The notes under the pieces: generated by a model
Database searches by the model: none
Seen by the model: the letters and a program-made list of their open reading frames with translations, nothing else
Told to the model about the DNA's origin: nothing
Source: Massalongia carnosa
Taxonomy: Eukaryota
Assembly (NCBI GenBank): GCA_965645245.1
Contig: OZ287067.1
Span: forward strand, 2,914,001 to 2,978,000
Direction: 5' to 3'
Length of the DNA: 64,000 nt
Part shown: positions 48,331-60,691 of the stretch, piece by piece
Layout of the letters: each line of letters opens with the position of its first letter
Numbering within the stretch: the stretch's first letter is position 1
Translations under genes and position numbers: made by a program

Positions 48331-49110
48331 TTAGATAACCTTCTGCTCTTTCCCAGTCTAAAAAGAGGCAGTTTTTTCTTTCCACAATACTCTGTAAGGC
48401 CTTAGGTTAGGTTCCTTTGGCTCTTCCAAATGCAAGGACCCAAAGAGCTCAAAAGATATCAAGCTTGGACGGATGGGGAAGAATTGCGCATAGAGGTATT
48501 AATCATTCCAAGCCAGCATTTTTCTTAATACGAACTTGATTTGAGTAGATATGCTGATAGAGAATCCGAATCCTGTACTCATATTGATCAAAAGATTAGC
48601 ACTCTTACCGCCGTATTCTGTGTAATTTGAAGGGCAACGCGCCTACAGCGGCATCGCGTCCGTTTACAAGTAGGTAAGGTACAAGCTACCTTGGTATTTC
48701 GGCCATCGTACCGTGCGTGCTTGTCATCCCAAATCTTTTCTTAGTGACTAGCGTTACGGTTTGTATTTATTACCTAACTAGCGCAGACCGATAGCGTCGT
48801 TTACTCGGTACGGCGTACAGAGTAAATAGTATTCTGTACTTCAACGCTGGTGGCACGCACGTCGCTTTTGTCAAGTTAACCATTCCTGATAATCCCTTGT
48901 CCTACATGTTCCATGCTCCGAGCTTGGTATCATTTATCATATCCAAGACTTTAAAGGACCTGATGAGGACAGAAACATTTGTTGTTAATCAAGTTCCTAT
49001 CATTCTTTAGGCGCTTTTACAACACCGTCCCCAAACTAACGACGCATCTCATCTTAAGGCGTATCTAAAGCAAATATCGACCTCTGCACAAGCAGAACTG
49101 CATCGCCATC

Positions 49111-52100
49111 ATGGGGGTTCCTAAATTCTTTAGATGGATGAGTGAGAGATATCCAGCTATCTCTCAATTAATAGCAGAAAATCGAATTCCAGAATTTGAC
49201 TGCCTCTACCTGGACATGAATGGCATTATTCACAACTGTACCCATTCGGATTCGGACTCGCCGACATTCCGAATGACAGAAGAGAAGATGTTCATTCGTA
49301 TCTTTAATTACATAGAACATCTTTTTGGCAAAATCCGGCCCAGGCAGCTCTTCTTCATGGCTATCGATGGTGTTGCCCCTCGTGCCAAGATGAACCAACA
49401 ACGGGCTCGCCGCTTTAGGACGGCTTTAGATGCAGAGAAAGCGAAGGAAAAGGCCATTCGAGAGGGTTTTACTATGCCTGTGGAAGCCGCTTTTGACAGT
49501 AACTGCATCACTCCGGGTAAACTTAATCTACAAATCTAGCGTTTGTTGTGGATGGTAGGCTTATATACACAGGTACCGAATTCATGGCTAAATTGACACG
49601 GCAGCTAAAGTACTTTATCAGCAAGAAGATCTCCGAGGATGTGGACTGGCAAGGCGTCGACATCGTGCTTTCAGGACATGAAGTTCCTGGGGAAGGGGAA
49701 CACAAGATTATGGAGTATATTCGGCTCGCCAAAGCCCAGCCGGACTACGATCCCAATATTAGGCATTGTCTTTATGGACTGGACGCTGACCTCATCATGT
49801 TGGGCTTGCTTAGCCATGATCCACATTTTTGTTTACTGCGGGAGGAGGTAACATTTGGTCGGCAGAGCCAAAAAAAATCTAAAGAGCTGGAACATCAAAA
49901 TTTCTACTTGATGCATTTATGTATTGTAAGGGAATATCTGGAGTTGGAGTTCCAGGAGTTGAAAGAACCAACTGTTTTAGATTTTCCTTTCAACATGGAG
50001 CGCGTGATTGACGATTTCATTCTAATGGCTTTTTTTGTGGGCAACGACTTCTTGCCAAATCTTCCGAACTTGCACATTAATGAGGGTGCGCTAGCACTCA
50101 TGTTTAAAGTGTACAAATCTGTACTACCACAAGCTGGTGGATATATCAATGAACTCGGAGTTATCAATTTAGGCCGACTAGCTCTGCTCTTAGAAGAACT
50201 AGCTGATGTGGAGCATCGGTTTTTTGAGTCGGAGAATGCGGACGCAAATTGGTTCAAAGGGAAACAGATGGCAAAAGTTGATGTCATGGAGAAAGGAAGG
50301 AAAAAAGGTCAACTAACGATGACTACGGCGCAAAAGAATATTTTCTCTCAAGTCAAGCAATATGTCACCAGTCGGTCGAGTGACATCCGTGGACTCCAAG
50401 AATCACTCAATCTTTCTTTTAGCCTAAACGCAAGGGATAGAAAGTTTGTTGAAGATCTTGCCGAGGATCTTGGACTACAATGGAAAAGCATTGTAAATGG
50501 TGAGGGCAACAGAAATCTACGGCTTGATTTCCCGGAGAGGCTTCAAGGTGACAAGGATGATGAAGTAGGCGAAGACGAGGAAGCTCAGGCTGCTCTTTCC
50601 CGTGTCATTATAAGATACGACAATGCAAAAGTTGTGGACGTCACCGCCCAAGAAACCGAAGATCTAATGAACAAAAAGTATGAAGAGAAATTTCAGGTCT
50701 GGAAAGACAAATATTATCGGGGCAAATTTGATTTCGGCCTTGATAACGATGAAGAGATACGAAAATTATCGGAGAATTATGTTCAGGGGCTGCAATGGGT
50801 ACTTTTTTACTATTATCGGGGCGTGGCATCGTGGCCGTGGTTTTATGGGTATCATTATTCTCCAATGATTTCAGGTAAGGTAAACAGAATCATCGCGCTT
50901 CACTTTCGCTGACCACTCGTAGACGTTAAGAAAGGGCTGCGAGCAGATATGAACTTTCAACTTGGCCAGCCATTTCGACCGTATCAACAGTTGATGGGAG
51001 TTCTTCCAGATCGTAGCAAGCATATAGTACCACAACCATATCACGACCTTATGACAAATCCCGGGTCGCCCATCATCGACTTTTACCCTCGAGACTTTGA
51101 GCTTGATATGAACGGAAAGAAGATGGAATGGGAAGCTGTTGTTAAGATCCCGTTCATTGATGAAAAGCGACTCTTGGCTGCCATGAAAACCAAAGATGCT
51201 CTCTTGTCGGATACTGAGAATGAAAGAAATGAATTCGGAGTAACGCTTAAGTTTACTTATTCCTCCGATGTTGAATTTGTTTATCCATCCTCTTTATTGG
51301 GTCAATTTCCGGATATTGAGCATTGCCACTGCGTCGAGAACATATTTGATCTTCCCACAATAGATGGACTAGATCTTCATGTTGGGCTCATGTCTGGAGT
51401 TAAACTAGGACATGAGGCACTTGCGGGCTTTCCTAGCTTAAAGACACTCGCTCATGTGGGAACTCTAGACTTCCATGGAGTCAATATCTTCCAACAAGAT
51501 AGCAGAAACGAGAGTATGGTGATTACAATGCTTGATTCAGAAAAGCGAACTAAAATCGAGTCGGCAAAGGCGCTTCTAGGGCGCAAGGTTCACGTTGGCT
51601 TCCCGTTCCTATCCGAAGCCAGAGTCACCGAGGTGTCAGATGAGTTATACAACTATCATCTTCCCGAAACGGGAGTAGGACCAGTCGTTACGCTCCCTCA
51701 TGGTCCCCAAGAAATCGATTTATGGCGCAAGAAGGCGGAGCGCATTGAGGGAACCTATAGCAAGCGCCTTGGAATGATGATTGGTCAAGTGGAATCGCTG
51801 GTACATGTCGACATGCTTAAAGGCTTGAAAAAGACCGACGATGGAGCCACTATCAAGGAGTATGCGCGTATACTTGGTGTCGAAAGCGACTACGCTTCGC
51901 AAACGATTGTCGACGAGGTCGCAAGCGAAGATTTACGCTTTGTCGAAAAGGCTGCTTTGCCTATCCAGCATGAATTTCCCATTGGCACCAGAGCCTTTTT
52001 TCTTGGAGATTATAGTTATGGGAGGCCTCTCGAGGTTGTGGGCCATACCTTGAATAAGGCTGACATATGGGTTTCGACGACAAGAGCCAAAGTCCCAGAA

Positions 52101-53483
52101 TTTGGTCGAGAAATTGCAAATAATGCCGATCGCCTTTCGCCCTATACACCATCGTTTGCTGTAGCTAGGATGCTAAATCTAAGGCCTCTCGTTCTCAGCA
52201 AGATCACGTCAGCTTTTCAAGTCAATCTAGATGAAACCCGAATAAATCTTGGCCTGAACCTAAAATTCGAAGCCAAGAAATTAAAAGTCCTTGGTTATTC
52301 TCGTCGTGGCGCAAATGGTTGGGAATTTAGCCAGAAGGCCATCCAGCTGCTTCAGCAATACATGATCCGATTCCCAGAGTTTATTGCCGGCATTGAACGG
52401 AATCCTCAAGGAAACACTTATGAAGCTATAGACTTTTATCCCAAGTCTGATGTAAAGACTAAAATAAAGGAGATACAGGCATGGCTCAAGACTGTTGAAT
52501 CTAAAGGTTTCGAGAAAGTACCACTAGAAGCGGCGCAGCTAGACTCGGACGTAGTCCAAAAAATTGAGGCCGCAGCGGACGAAGTGCTGTTGCAAGCCTC
52601 AACTAACATGCCCCAAAACAAAAAGATTCAGGGGGTACCACGTAATGCGATTCTCAAGCCCTCAGACGCTGAAAATCGGTTAAGTCACCAACAGTTCGCG
52701 CTCGGAGATCGAATAGTCTACGTACAAGATTCAGGAAGAGTCCCTATTGCAAGCCAGGGTACCATTGTAGGGATAACCCGGACATCGAGAACCACATTGC
52801 TCGACGTTGTCTTCGATATTACTTTTATGAGTGGCACATCCCTCGAAGAGAGATGTTCACCGTTCCGAGGCTCAACCGTACCCACCCATTCAGTGCTTAA
52901 CATCACCAACCGACAGATTATAGCAGAATCCCGCGCAACGGAAACGCACCGACCGCAGGCTCCGCCACAGCCCTTAGGAGCCGGCGGATATGGTGCACCC
53001 TTTGGTCCCCATGGTCAAGGGCAGCTGATTTCGGCTCGGGTCCCAGAACCTCTTCGAGGCACTTTTCGCGGGGTCCTTGGGGGCAAACGAAATGACAATC
53101 GAGGTGGTAGTGCTCCACAAGGCAGAGGAAGCGCTGGCAACAATACGGCTCAAATTATGGGCGAGCAACGACTACCACATCATAACCTGTCTTCTTCGGG
53201 CTATACAAATGGCTTTGGCAGCAGAGGTAGGCAGCTTAACGGTAATGCAGGACGTACGCGTGGGAATGGCAATTGGCAGCAATCTGGCGATGAAGGGGTT
53301 GGTAGGAACCATGGCGGGTTTCAGCCACAGGCGTATTCGAGCGTTCCGCCACCCGCATGCCTTGATGCGAGGGGGGGAAGTCGATCAAGAGGGGGATCAC
53401 ATGGAGGTGTGTCTCGCGGCGAAGGGTTTAGGGGCAGGGGGCTTTCAAGGGGTCGGGGAGCGGTTGCCGTGCAGCAACAATGA
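49111..53483 (+). CDS. XRN1: 5'-3' exoribonuclease 1 (Xrn1/Kem1), 3 exons, RGG-rich C-terminus
   Basis: MGVPKFFRWMSERYP, LYLDMNGIIHNC, AIDGVAPRAKMNQQRARRF, FDSNCITPG|TEFM, PGEGEHKI, YGLDADLI, VGNDFLP. Confidence 0.95.
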
Positions 53484-54587
53484 TCTAGAAGATCCATTCT
53501 CTGTCAAGATTGGACCTTTCTCGGTGAGCTTCAGAGTGACTAAATGCTCACGCGGTTGTATCGCTATACCATAGTGCCATTGAACTTAATAAATGTCTCC
53601 ATGGAGCACAGCGCGTTGAAACCCTTGTTTCGTAATGAAGAGTTCAAATAAGACAAATCTATACAATGGATACGGGACATGTTCGATGAGGGGGACTTCA
53701 TCGACGCTCTACTCTGTATTGTGGATTTTATGTTTAGCGAAGGCCTTCCTTGGGTATTTTTCAAGGAAGGTTGAGCCGGGGGTTCTGTGAAACAGTAATA
53801 CAAGGTACCTTGTACATGATAATCGTCGGCTAGTCGCTCGCTTAATCCTCTCCCTCCAAGAAGCATTCGAAACTTCGTAGGAAAGCGAAGCTTCGTAGGC
53901 TCGCAACGTTAAACCACCACCACATCACTAAAGCACCACCGCATCATTTAAATTACTATCACATTTACTATCACATTATTATATTATTATCACATCATAA
54001 ATCATTGCTATCTATATCTACAATGGATTCTGTATCCTTACAAACACGTATTAGTGATGCTAAAATATTCTTGTTGGAAAATCCTGACGAACGAACTGCA
54101 TGCGCAGCTCAGATGTTCAGAATTCGGCCTACAACGTTGTACAGCTCTATTGCGACTGATAAGAAATCTTCTTCTAACAATAAATCTTCCAGTGCAAAAA
54201 GTGCAAGAGGTGGACAAAACAAGATACTTGAGGAGCATCAAGTAAAAGCGATTCATCACTTTATTCGATCCTTACTTGCACAGGGTATTCAACCATCGCA
54301 CGGAGTTGTATTCAATGCAATTGTCAGTTTAAAACGCGGGCAAAATCCTGAGTCGAGTGGACCTACTCTACGCTGGTTCAGAACATGGTGGAAAAAGAAT
54401 AACCTACACAAGATCAATACTAAGCCATTAGCAATGATACGATTCACCGCTGCACAAGAGAACGATATACAAGCATGGTTTGTAGATTATAGACAAGCTT
54501 TAAAGACGTTACAGATTAAAACAAAGAAGAATATTGTCAATTTCGATGAGGCAGGCTTTCGTGTTAGGTGTATGAAAGGGCATCAAA

Positions 54588-54968
54588 TGTCACGATTCAA
54601 CCATATCCACCCAAGGCCAATCAAAGGAAAGTACGGCATCCGCCGGCGCACTAACCGCTTCCGTTACTCAACCCTTTTAGCAATCATAGGGGCAATCAAC
54701 GGAGGTCTGAAAGGACTGAAAGGGACGCATCGGAACGACCTTCTAAAGCAAACACAAATGGATGAAAGGGACAAAGGGCAGAAAGACTATTTGACCAAAC
54801 TGTTCACTTATTGCTGGAGACACAAACAGCTGGATCGGGCAAAGCGATTATCTATATAGACTCCTAGAGAGAGCACCTTTTGCTTGTTTCCTTTCTGCAT
54901 CTTTGATATTTTCTAGTGCATAGCTTCCCAGTAGATAGTCAATTCCACATCCTGGTTGAACCGTCACA
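54588..54968. mobile_element. Solo LTR, 381 bp, TG...CA ends, 5-bp TSD TCAAA
   Basis: TCAAA|TGTCACGATTCAACC...GGTTGAACCGTCACA|TCAAA. Removing it restores the transposase frame. TATA-like TATATAG at ~54853. Confidence 0.92.
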
Positions 54969-56206
54969 TCAAATTCTGGCACCCACAGACGTATTAGAAG
55001 TTAGATTCTATATTCTTATTCATTTATTCAGCAAGTTAAATATATATTTTAGTTCTATGCGATAAGTCCTGAAAATCGTAAATCTCTCACGGTATTTGAA
55101 TGCATCAATGCAGCAGGCGACTATCCTCCACCACCTTTAATTCTTATACAAGGACATGAAATCATGATGGACTGGTTTTCAAAAGAGCTGCCAAAGGGAA
55201 CTCGAATTATACCTTCAGAAAACGGATTTACCTCTGACAAGATAGCACAGGTGTTTCTTCAGCATTATATTGATCATTCAGACTCTGGACCAGAAGCAGA
55301 CTGGAAAATAATGCTCATGGATAATCATGGCAGTCATTGTACTCCTGAGTTCATAGCTCTTGCTAATATAAATCACATTCGTCCTTATCTACTTATACCG
55401 CATCTTACACACTGTATGCAGCCGCTTGATGTTGGAGTATTTCAACCTTATAAACACTGGCATGATATGGCAATTCAAGATGCTCTACTAGAATTCAATG
55501 TTGAGTATACATTACAGCGATTTCTTGCAGATCTTACTAAGATACGTGATAATACTTTCAAGAAATGTACTATTCGAAGTGCTTTTGAGAAATCAGGAAT
55601 GTGGCCTGTTAATGCTAAAAACTGCATCTCACTGCTTAAAACTTTCAAGCTGCCTGATGCTCAAGAAAAGCTACACAATAAAGAAAAAGAGCCTACTCTT
55701 CCAATCTTGCCTCATATTCAGCCAACATCCTCAATGGATGTTGAAATAGGACTTCAAACATGGCAGAAGAAAATTCAACAAGGAATGTTGTGGAGTGATC
55801 CGGCTCGCTCAGAGCAATTTGAGTCGTTTGTTAATGATACAAAAACCGTTTGTACACAAGCTACTTTTAATGATATTCAATTATCTATATATCAGAAAAG
55901 AAGAGAAGATGACTTAAAACAGAAATCTACCTCTCGTAAGCGATTACGAACCTTAGGTTCAGGATTAGGGCTTACTAAAGAGAATGCTGAGGAGATGATT
56001 GCAGCAAAGGAAAAACAAGCTAAAGAAACAGAAGCAAAGAAGCAGCATCAGACATGGATGAAGATTTGGCGTATGGAAAGAGACGCCAATATGCCGAAGG
56101 AGTGATTGCTCGAAAGCAAGAAAGAAATCGTTTACGACACATTAAGGAGCTTTCAAAACAAGATCTTGCTATTTCCTCCGAGCATCTTATTCCTATTCCC
56201 GATCCC

Positions 56207-56377
56207 TGTGACGAAGCGAGATAGTGAATAGATTTCTACCATTACGCCACCTGTCCTTCCCGACCAAAAGGCAAAATACTTAGTCCGCAGACCAAGCTCT
56301 ATTCTACTATAACTGGGACTCCTGCTATGTTCGCTGTAGGTCCTGCCGTCCGCACCACGCATGGTCGAACCGTTACA
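56207..56377. mobile_element. Solo LTR, 171 bp, TG...CA ends, 5-bp TSD ATCCC
   Basis: ATCCC|TGTGACG...GGTCGAACCGTTACA|ATCCC. Removing it gives PIPDP-EAIWKA. A related fragment lies at 31260. Confidence 0.9.
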
Positions 56378-56660
56378 ATCCCGAAGCAATTTGGAAGGCA
56401 ACAGATGTTACTTGGCAAGAAGAAGAGAAAGAAAACGAAAAAGACTAAATCTCAAGTATATAATGAAGATGAAGATGAAGATGAGGCGGAGACAACATTC
56501 ATCACAGATGTTACAGGTGATTCTTCTTTGCAAAGAGATTTTCTGCCGTTTGATGAAGACGATACTGATGGAGGCAACGAGTCTGACAATGATGTACAAG
56601 AACAATTAGGATATTACTAGGTTTCAGCTCTTTATTAAAGCGGCAATATTAATTTATCGA

Positions 56661-59022
56661 ACCTCCGGCAGATCTACAGGACATACCCGGGTCGGTCTAT
56701 CCGGCAGCCTCGGAGTGCCCAACAGTCATAACGAAGAAAGAGGTGCTCACGAACATTCTACGCCTCAAACCCGACACGGCTCCTGGACCGGATGGCATAC
56801 CCAATAGAGTTCTCAAAGCGTGCTCTGAGACGCTGACCGAGTTGTTAACTCCTCTATTTCAGGCGTGCGTAAATCTGGGATATCACCCGCGAGCATTCAG
56901 AACAGCGCACACGATAACGCTGAAAAAGGCGGGCAAAGACAATTACGAAACGCCGAAGGCCTATCGCCCGATAGCACTGCTGAATACGCTAGGCAAGGTG
57001 ATGGAAGCCATCATGGCAAGCAAGATCACTCACATGGCCGAAAAGCACGAGTTACTACCAGGCACCCAGATGGGAGCCAGACGGGAAAGGTCCACCGAGT
57101 CAGCACTAGAGCTGTTAACCGAACAGATTCACACAGTGTGGGGTCAAGGTAATGATAAAGTTGCCACGCTGCTCAGCATGGACGTGGCCGGCGCGTACGA
57201 CACGGTTTCGCATCAAAGACTGATCCACAATCTTCGAAGAAGAAAAATTCCACAGTGGGTCACCAACTGGATAGAATGCTTTTTGAAAAACAGAAGGACC
57301 ACTCTTACGATCAACCGACGAACCACCGACGAGTTTGATGCGAGAACCGGAATTCCGCAAGGTTCACCCATCTCTCCCATTCTGTATTTGTTCTACAATG
57401 CGGATTTACTAGACATATGTAACAGGCCCGGCACGAAAACGAGCGGACTCGGATTCGTCGATGACATCAATGTACTAGCATATGGGAAAAGCACGCAAGA
57501 ATATTGCAGAACGCTAGAAAGAATTCACAGAGAATGTGAAAGATGGGCTCTACGGCACGGATCCTTATTTGCTCCGACTAAGTACGAGCTTATTCATTTA
57601 TCTAGAAATCCAAAGAAATTTGATATGACGGCTACTATTAATATAGAAAACAGCCTAATCAAACCAAAAGCGGATATAAGAATACTCGGTCTTCAAATAG
57701 ATACCAAACTTAAGTGGGGTGCTCACATACGGAAAACGCAGGAGAAGATGGTCAAGCAGAGCATGGCCTTAACAAAAATTTCCACGTCTACCTGGGGAGC
57801 TTCGTTCGCTAGGGCCAGGCAAGTATACACGGCGGTGGTGCGGCCGGCCATGACATATGGTTCAATCGTCTGGCACACCCCGAAAGACGTAAATAGAAAT
57901 AAATCTATAACGTCCAACTTGGCGGTCATTCAGAACAGATGCCTACGCACAGTCGCCGGAGCGTTCAAGGCTACCCCGATACCGGTGCTGGAGGCAGAAA
58001 CACACATAGCCCCAATAGATGTGTATTTGGATCAACTACAGGCTAAAGCCAGATATCGACTACGAATCACGGGGCAAAAAGCACTCGCTAACTCCGCATG
58101 CAAGATAATAGCTAATAAGCTACGGGAAAGAGCGGGTCGAAGAAAAACTCCGCCGCCAACACCCGGAGAACTGAAACACACATGGGCCAAGGCAATTTTA
58201 AATGGAGAGGCCGCCGTCAGATTACCGCCTTCCGCGCCCCCGTGGTACGAGGCCAGTCCAGAATATCTCAAGGAGCTGAGAGAAGCGCGAACGGCCCAAC
58301 GGGCACATCATACGCGGCTCATGGAGCATCATATGAAAATATGGAAGTCAACATGGGCGACTTATCAAAATCGCATTCCACTCCCCACCGAGGCTCAACA
58401 AGCTTCGCTTGACAAAAAGAGATTAAAAATTCACAGCAATTTGGCAAAAGCGGAGAGTTCACTAGCAACGCAAATTCGCACGGAAAAAATCGGGCTAGCC
58501 AACTTTCTTTTCAACCGAAGGGTACCCAATGTAAACTCACCGGCGTGCATATGTGGATGGCCAAGGCAGACGGCCAAACACGTCATCATGCACTGTCAGC
58601 TGATAGACGGAAGAAATGAATTATTTAATCAAGTGAAAACTAACAATTATCGCACGATAATTGAAAATTCCGCAAAATTGAAAAAGCTGACAGCATGGTT
58701 AATGCGGGCAGATATACTAAAACAGTTTTCAATTGCAGCGACCATGCTGTACGGATAGTTCCCGTCGACACAGCATTTGAAATGTTTGACTTCTTCCCCT
58801 TTTCTTTCGTTCTTTTCCGTTTTCTTTCAAGGACCTCACAGATACACGTTATTAGGTACACTGAGGGGTCATGGGGATCCCGCAGGCGATAATTTTGGTT
58901 ACTAGGTTTTTATTCCTTAAAAGGTTTTCCTATGTACAATAGTCATATAGAACCACGCCCACATGGGCCGGCCTTCGGCCGGTGACATATCGGTGTAAGA
59001 ATTTATCATCATCATCATCATC
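56661..59022 (+). mobile_element. 5'-truncated non-LTR retrotransposon (Tad1-like LINE) with an (ATC)6 tail and 13-bp TSD
   Basis: TSD ATTAATTTATCGA at 56648-56660 and 59023-59035; (ATC)6 at 59005-59022. Confidence 0.92.
56743..58758 (+). CDS. LINE ORF2 remnant: reverse transcriptase plus C-terminal CCHC knuckle; endonuclease lost by 5' truncation
   Basis: APGPDGI, YRPIALLNTLGK, SMDVAGAYD, GIPQGSPISPILY, FVDD, ILGLQID, CICG...HVIMHC. The frame is open back to the insertion boundary. Confidence 0.92.
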   Translation: MLTNILRLKPDTAPGPDGIPNRVLKACSETLTELLTPLFQACVNLGYHPRAFRTAHTITLKKAGKDNYETPKAYRPIALLNTLGKVMEAIMASKITHMAEKHELLPGTQMGARRERSTESALELLTEQIHTVWGQGNDKVATLLSMDVAGAYDTVSHQRLIHNLRRRKIPQWVTNWIECFLKNRRTTLTINRRTTDEFDARTGIPQGSPISPILYLFYNADLLDICNRPGTKTSGLGFVDDINVLAYGKSTQEYCRTLERIHRECERWALRHGSLFAPTKYELIHLSRNPKKFDMTATINIENSLIKPKADIRILGLQIDTKLKWGAHIRKTQEKMVKQSMALTKISTSTWGASFARARQVYTAVVRPAMTYGSIVWHTPKDVNRNKSITSNLAVIQNRCLRTVAGAFKATPIPVLEAETHIAPIDVYLDQLQAKARYRLRITGQKALANSACKIIANKLRERAGRRKTPPPTPGELKHTWAKAILNGEAAVRLPPSAPPWYEASPEYLKELREARTAQRAHHTRLMEHHMKIWKSTWATYQNRIPLPTEAQQASLDKKRLKIHSNLAKAESSLATQIRTEKIGLANFLFNRRVPNVNSPACICGWPRQTAKHVIMHCQLIDGRNELFNQVKTNNYRTIIENSAKLKKLTAWLMRADILKQFSIAATMLYG

Positions 59023-59408
59023 ATTAATTTATCGATATGATAATAATATAATAATGTGATAGTAAATGTGATAGTAATTTAAATGATGCGGTGGTGCTTT
59101 AGTGATGTGGTGGTGGTTTAACGTTGCGAGCCTACGAAGCTTCGCTTTCCTACGAAGTTTGCTTTCCCTGATTAGAAGCGAATGCTTCTTGGAGGGAGAG
59201 GATTAAGCGAGCACTAGCCGACGATTAGTGGTTTTAGTCGCAAAGAATACTTGATAACTAACATGTAAAAAATGGAGTAAAAATACGACTATCAGGTACA
59301 TACTTTGTACAGCCAGTTCTGTACATAGTACTCTGTACCTGTTGTCGGAAGCAACGTCGCCAGATCGTGCTGATTTATTGGATCCATGAACCGGTAAACA
59401 AACCAAGC

Positions 59409-60312
59409 ATGCATTCAGCGCTGGTCAGAGTTCAGAATGTGTTTGGATTTTTCACAACCGTTGCCTTTTGTACAGCAATTCTCGTCGCTCTCTCCGTGAC
59501 GTTGTCGCCGCAGACCCCATCTGCCAATATAGTGCTACGAAACGTCCAGGTGTAAGAAACCATGAGGGAGGAGTCTTTTCCGAACTTTTTGCCCAATGCT
59601 AATGCGCAAACCAACAAATCAACCAGTGTCAAAGGCCGGCCGCATTATTACTCGTCGAAGAAGGAGGAGTATGCACATATCAAGTTCGATTTGGATGCCG
59701 GTTAGCCCTTTCCCTTACCCCACGAGCTTTCTGGACCTCGATTCATTGACAGGCGGCCATATATTAGATTTCACCTCCCTCTTCAATTGGAATACCAAAC
59801 AGCTTTTCGTTTACATTGTAGCAACATGGCCCTCTGCCTCATCACCGGCCATACCCCCGTCCCAGGCCATCATCTGGGACACCATCATCAACTCTCATAG
59901 CCAGACCCATCCTCTCAACCCATTCTCCTCCCTCTTCCGCGCCTCCGAGAAGCCTTCCCCCAAAAAATCCCCCAAGCGAAGCTCCGAGAACGCCGCAGCG
60001 GAAGCGCCCACTCCAGGAATCATCCGTCTCAAGAACTCGAAACCCAAATATCAGATCACCGACATTAATGGCAAACTTGCCTCTCAGAGCAATATTACGT
60101 TGGAAGTCGGATGGAATGTGCAGCCGTGGGTGGGAGCGCTGACGTGGACGCTGGGGGAAGGGAAGAGCCTGGGGAGATGGAAAGGGATCCGAGGTGGGAA
60201 AAGCAAGGCGTTTGATATGCCCGCCTTGAAAGGGAAAAGCGTGAGCAAGGAACCCGTGATCCGCCCATCGCCAGGAAAACCGCAGGCAGCGGAGGCTTCA
60301 GCGGTGGTGTAA
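59409..60312 (+). CDS. SPC3: Signal peptidase complex subunit 3 (SPC22/23), 3 exons
   Basis: MHSALVRVQNVFGFFTTVAF, KGRPHYYSSKKEEYAHIKFDLDA, DFTSLFNWNTKQLFVY, KPKYQITD, WNVQPWVG. Confidence 0.9.
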
Positions 60313-60691
60313 CGGATGTGTCTTACTTTGTGTCTTTTCGTGGACAAATGATCTGGTTATTGTTTTCGGATTTCCAAAAACGCGTTTATGGAATGGAGAC
60401 ATTTGCAATATCCGTCATGATCTCAATCCATGTAATCCACACTCGTGGCTGTTAACTCTCAGGTCTGCCTACTCGGGCTATCAGTAAGTCGAAGTCTGGA
60501 TTAGGCCAGTAGCGTGTCGACGCTACATATTGTATACCCATGCTTGCATGTTTTATGATAGCCTTAGCAATATCCCTCGGATGATTCTGCACGTCAGAGT
60601 ACCTTCCAAGTACTCTGTACTCGGTACAGTTTCTTATGCAAATCCCCACCCTTCTGAGCAAGTCCAGACATAAGTTCCAAGTGAAAATACT

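Larger units (their letters stand above)
54023..56620 (+). pseudogene. Pogo-type DD35D transposase disrupted by two solo LTRs and frameshifts; intron 55000-55052
   Basis: NFDEAGF, then (after removing the LTR) GHQILAPTDVLE|FYAISPENRKSLTVFECINAAG, NGFTSD, MLMDNHGSH, THCMQPLDVG. Acidic tail ends at 56620. Confidence 0.9.
53822..59225 (+). mobile_element. Pogo/Fot1-like transposon with ~180-bp TIRs and TA target duplication, carrying three nested retroelement insertions
   Basis: Left TA|ATCGTCGGCTAG...TATTATCA (53822-~54000) is inverted at ~59035-59225, ending CTAGCCGACGAT|TA. The right TIR has an extra 18 bp. Confidence 0.9.

Noticed and set aside
54005..54859. 284-aa ORF as a complete gene
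   Set aside because: It is the transposase N-terminus reading into a solo LTR.
58855..58900. Possible self-cleaving ribozyme in the LINE 3' UTR (CTGAGGGG...GGGATCCC)
   Set aside because: I could not fit the hammerhead CUGAUGA/GAAA core or an HDV-like pseudoknot.
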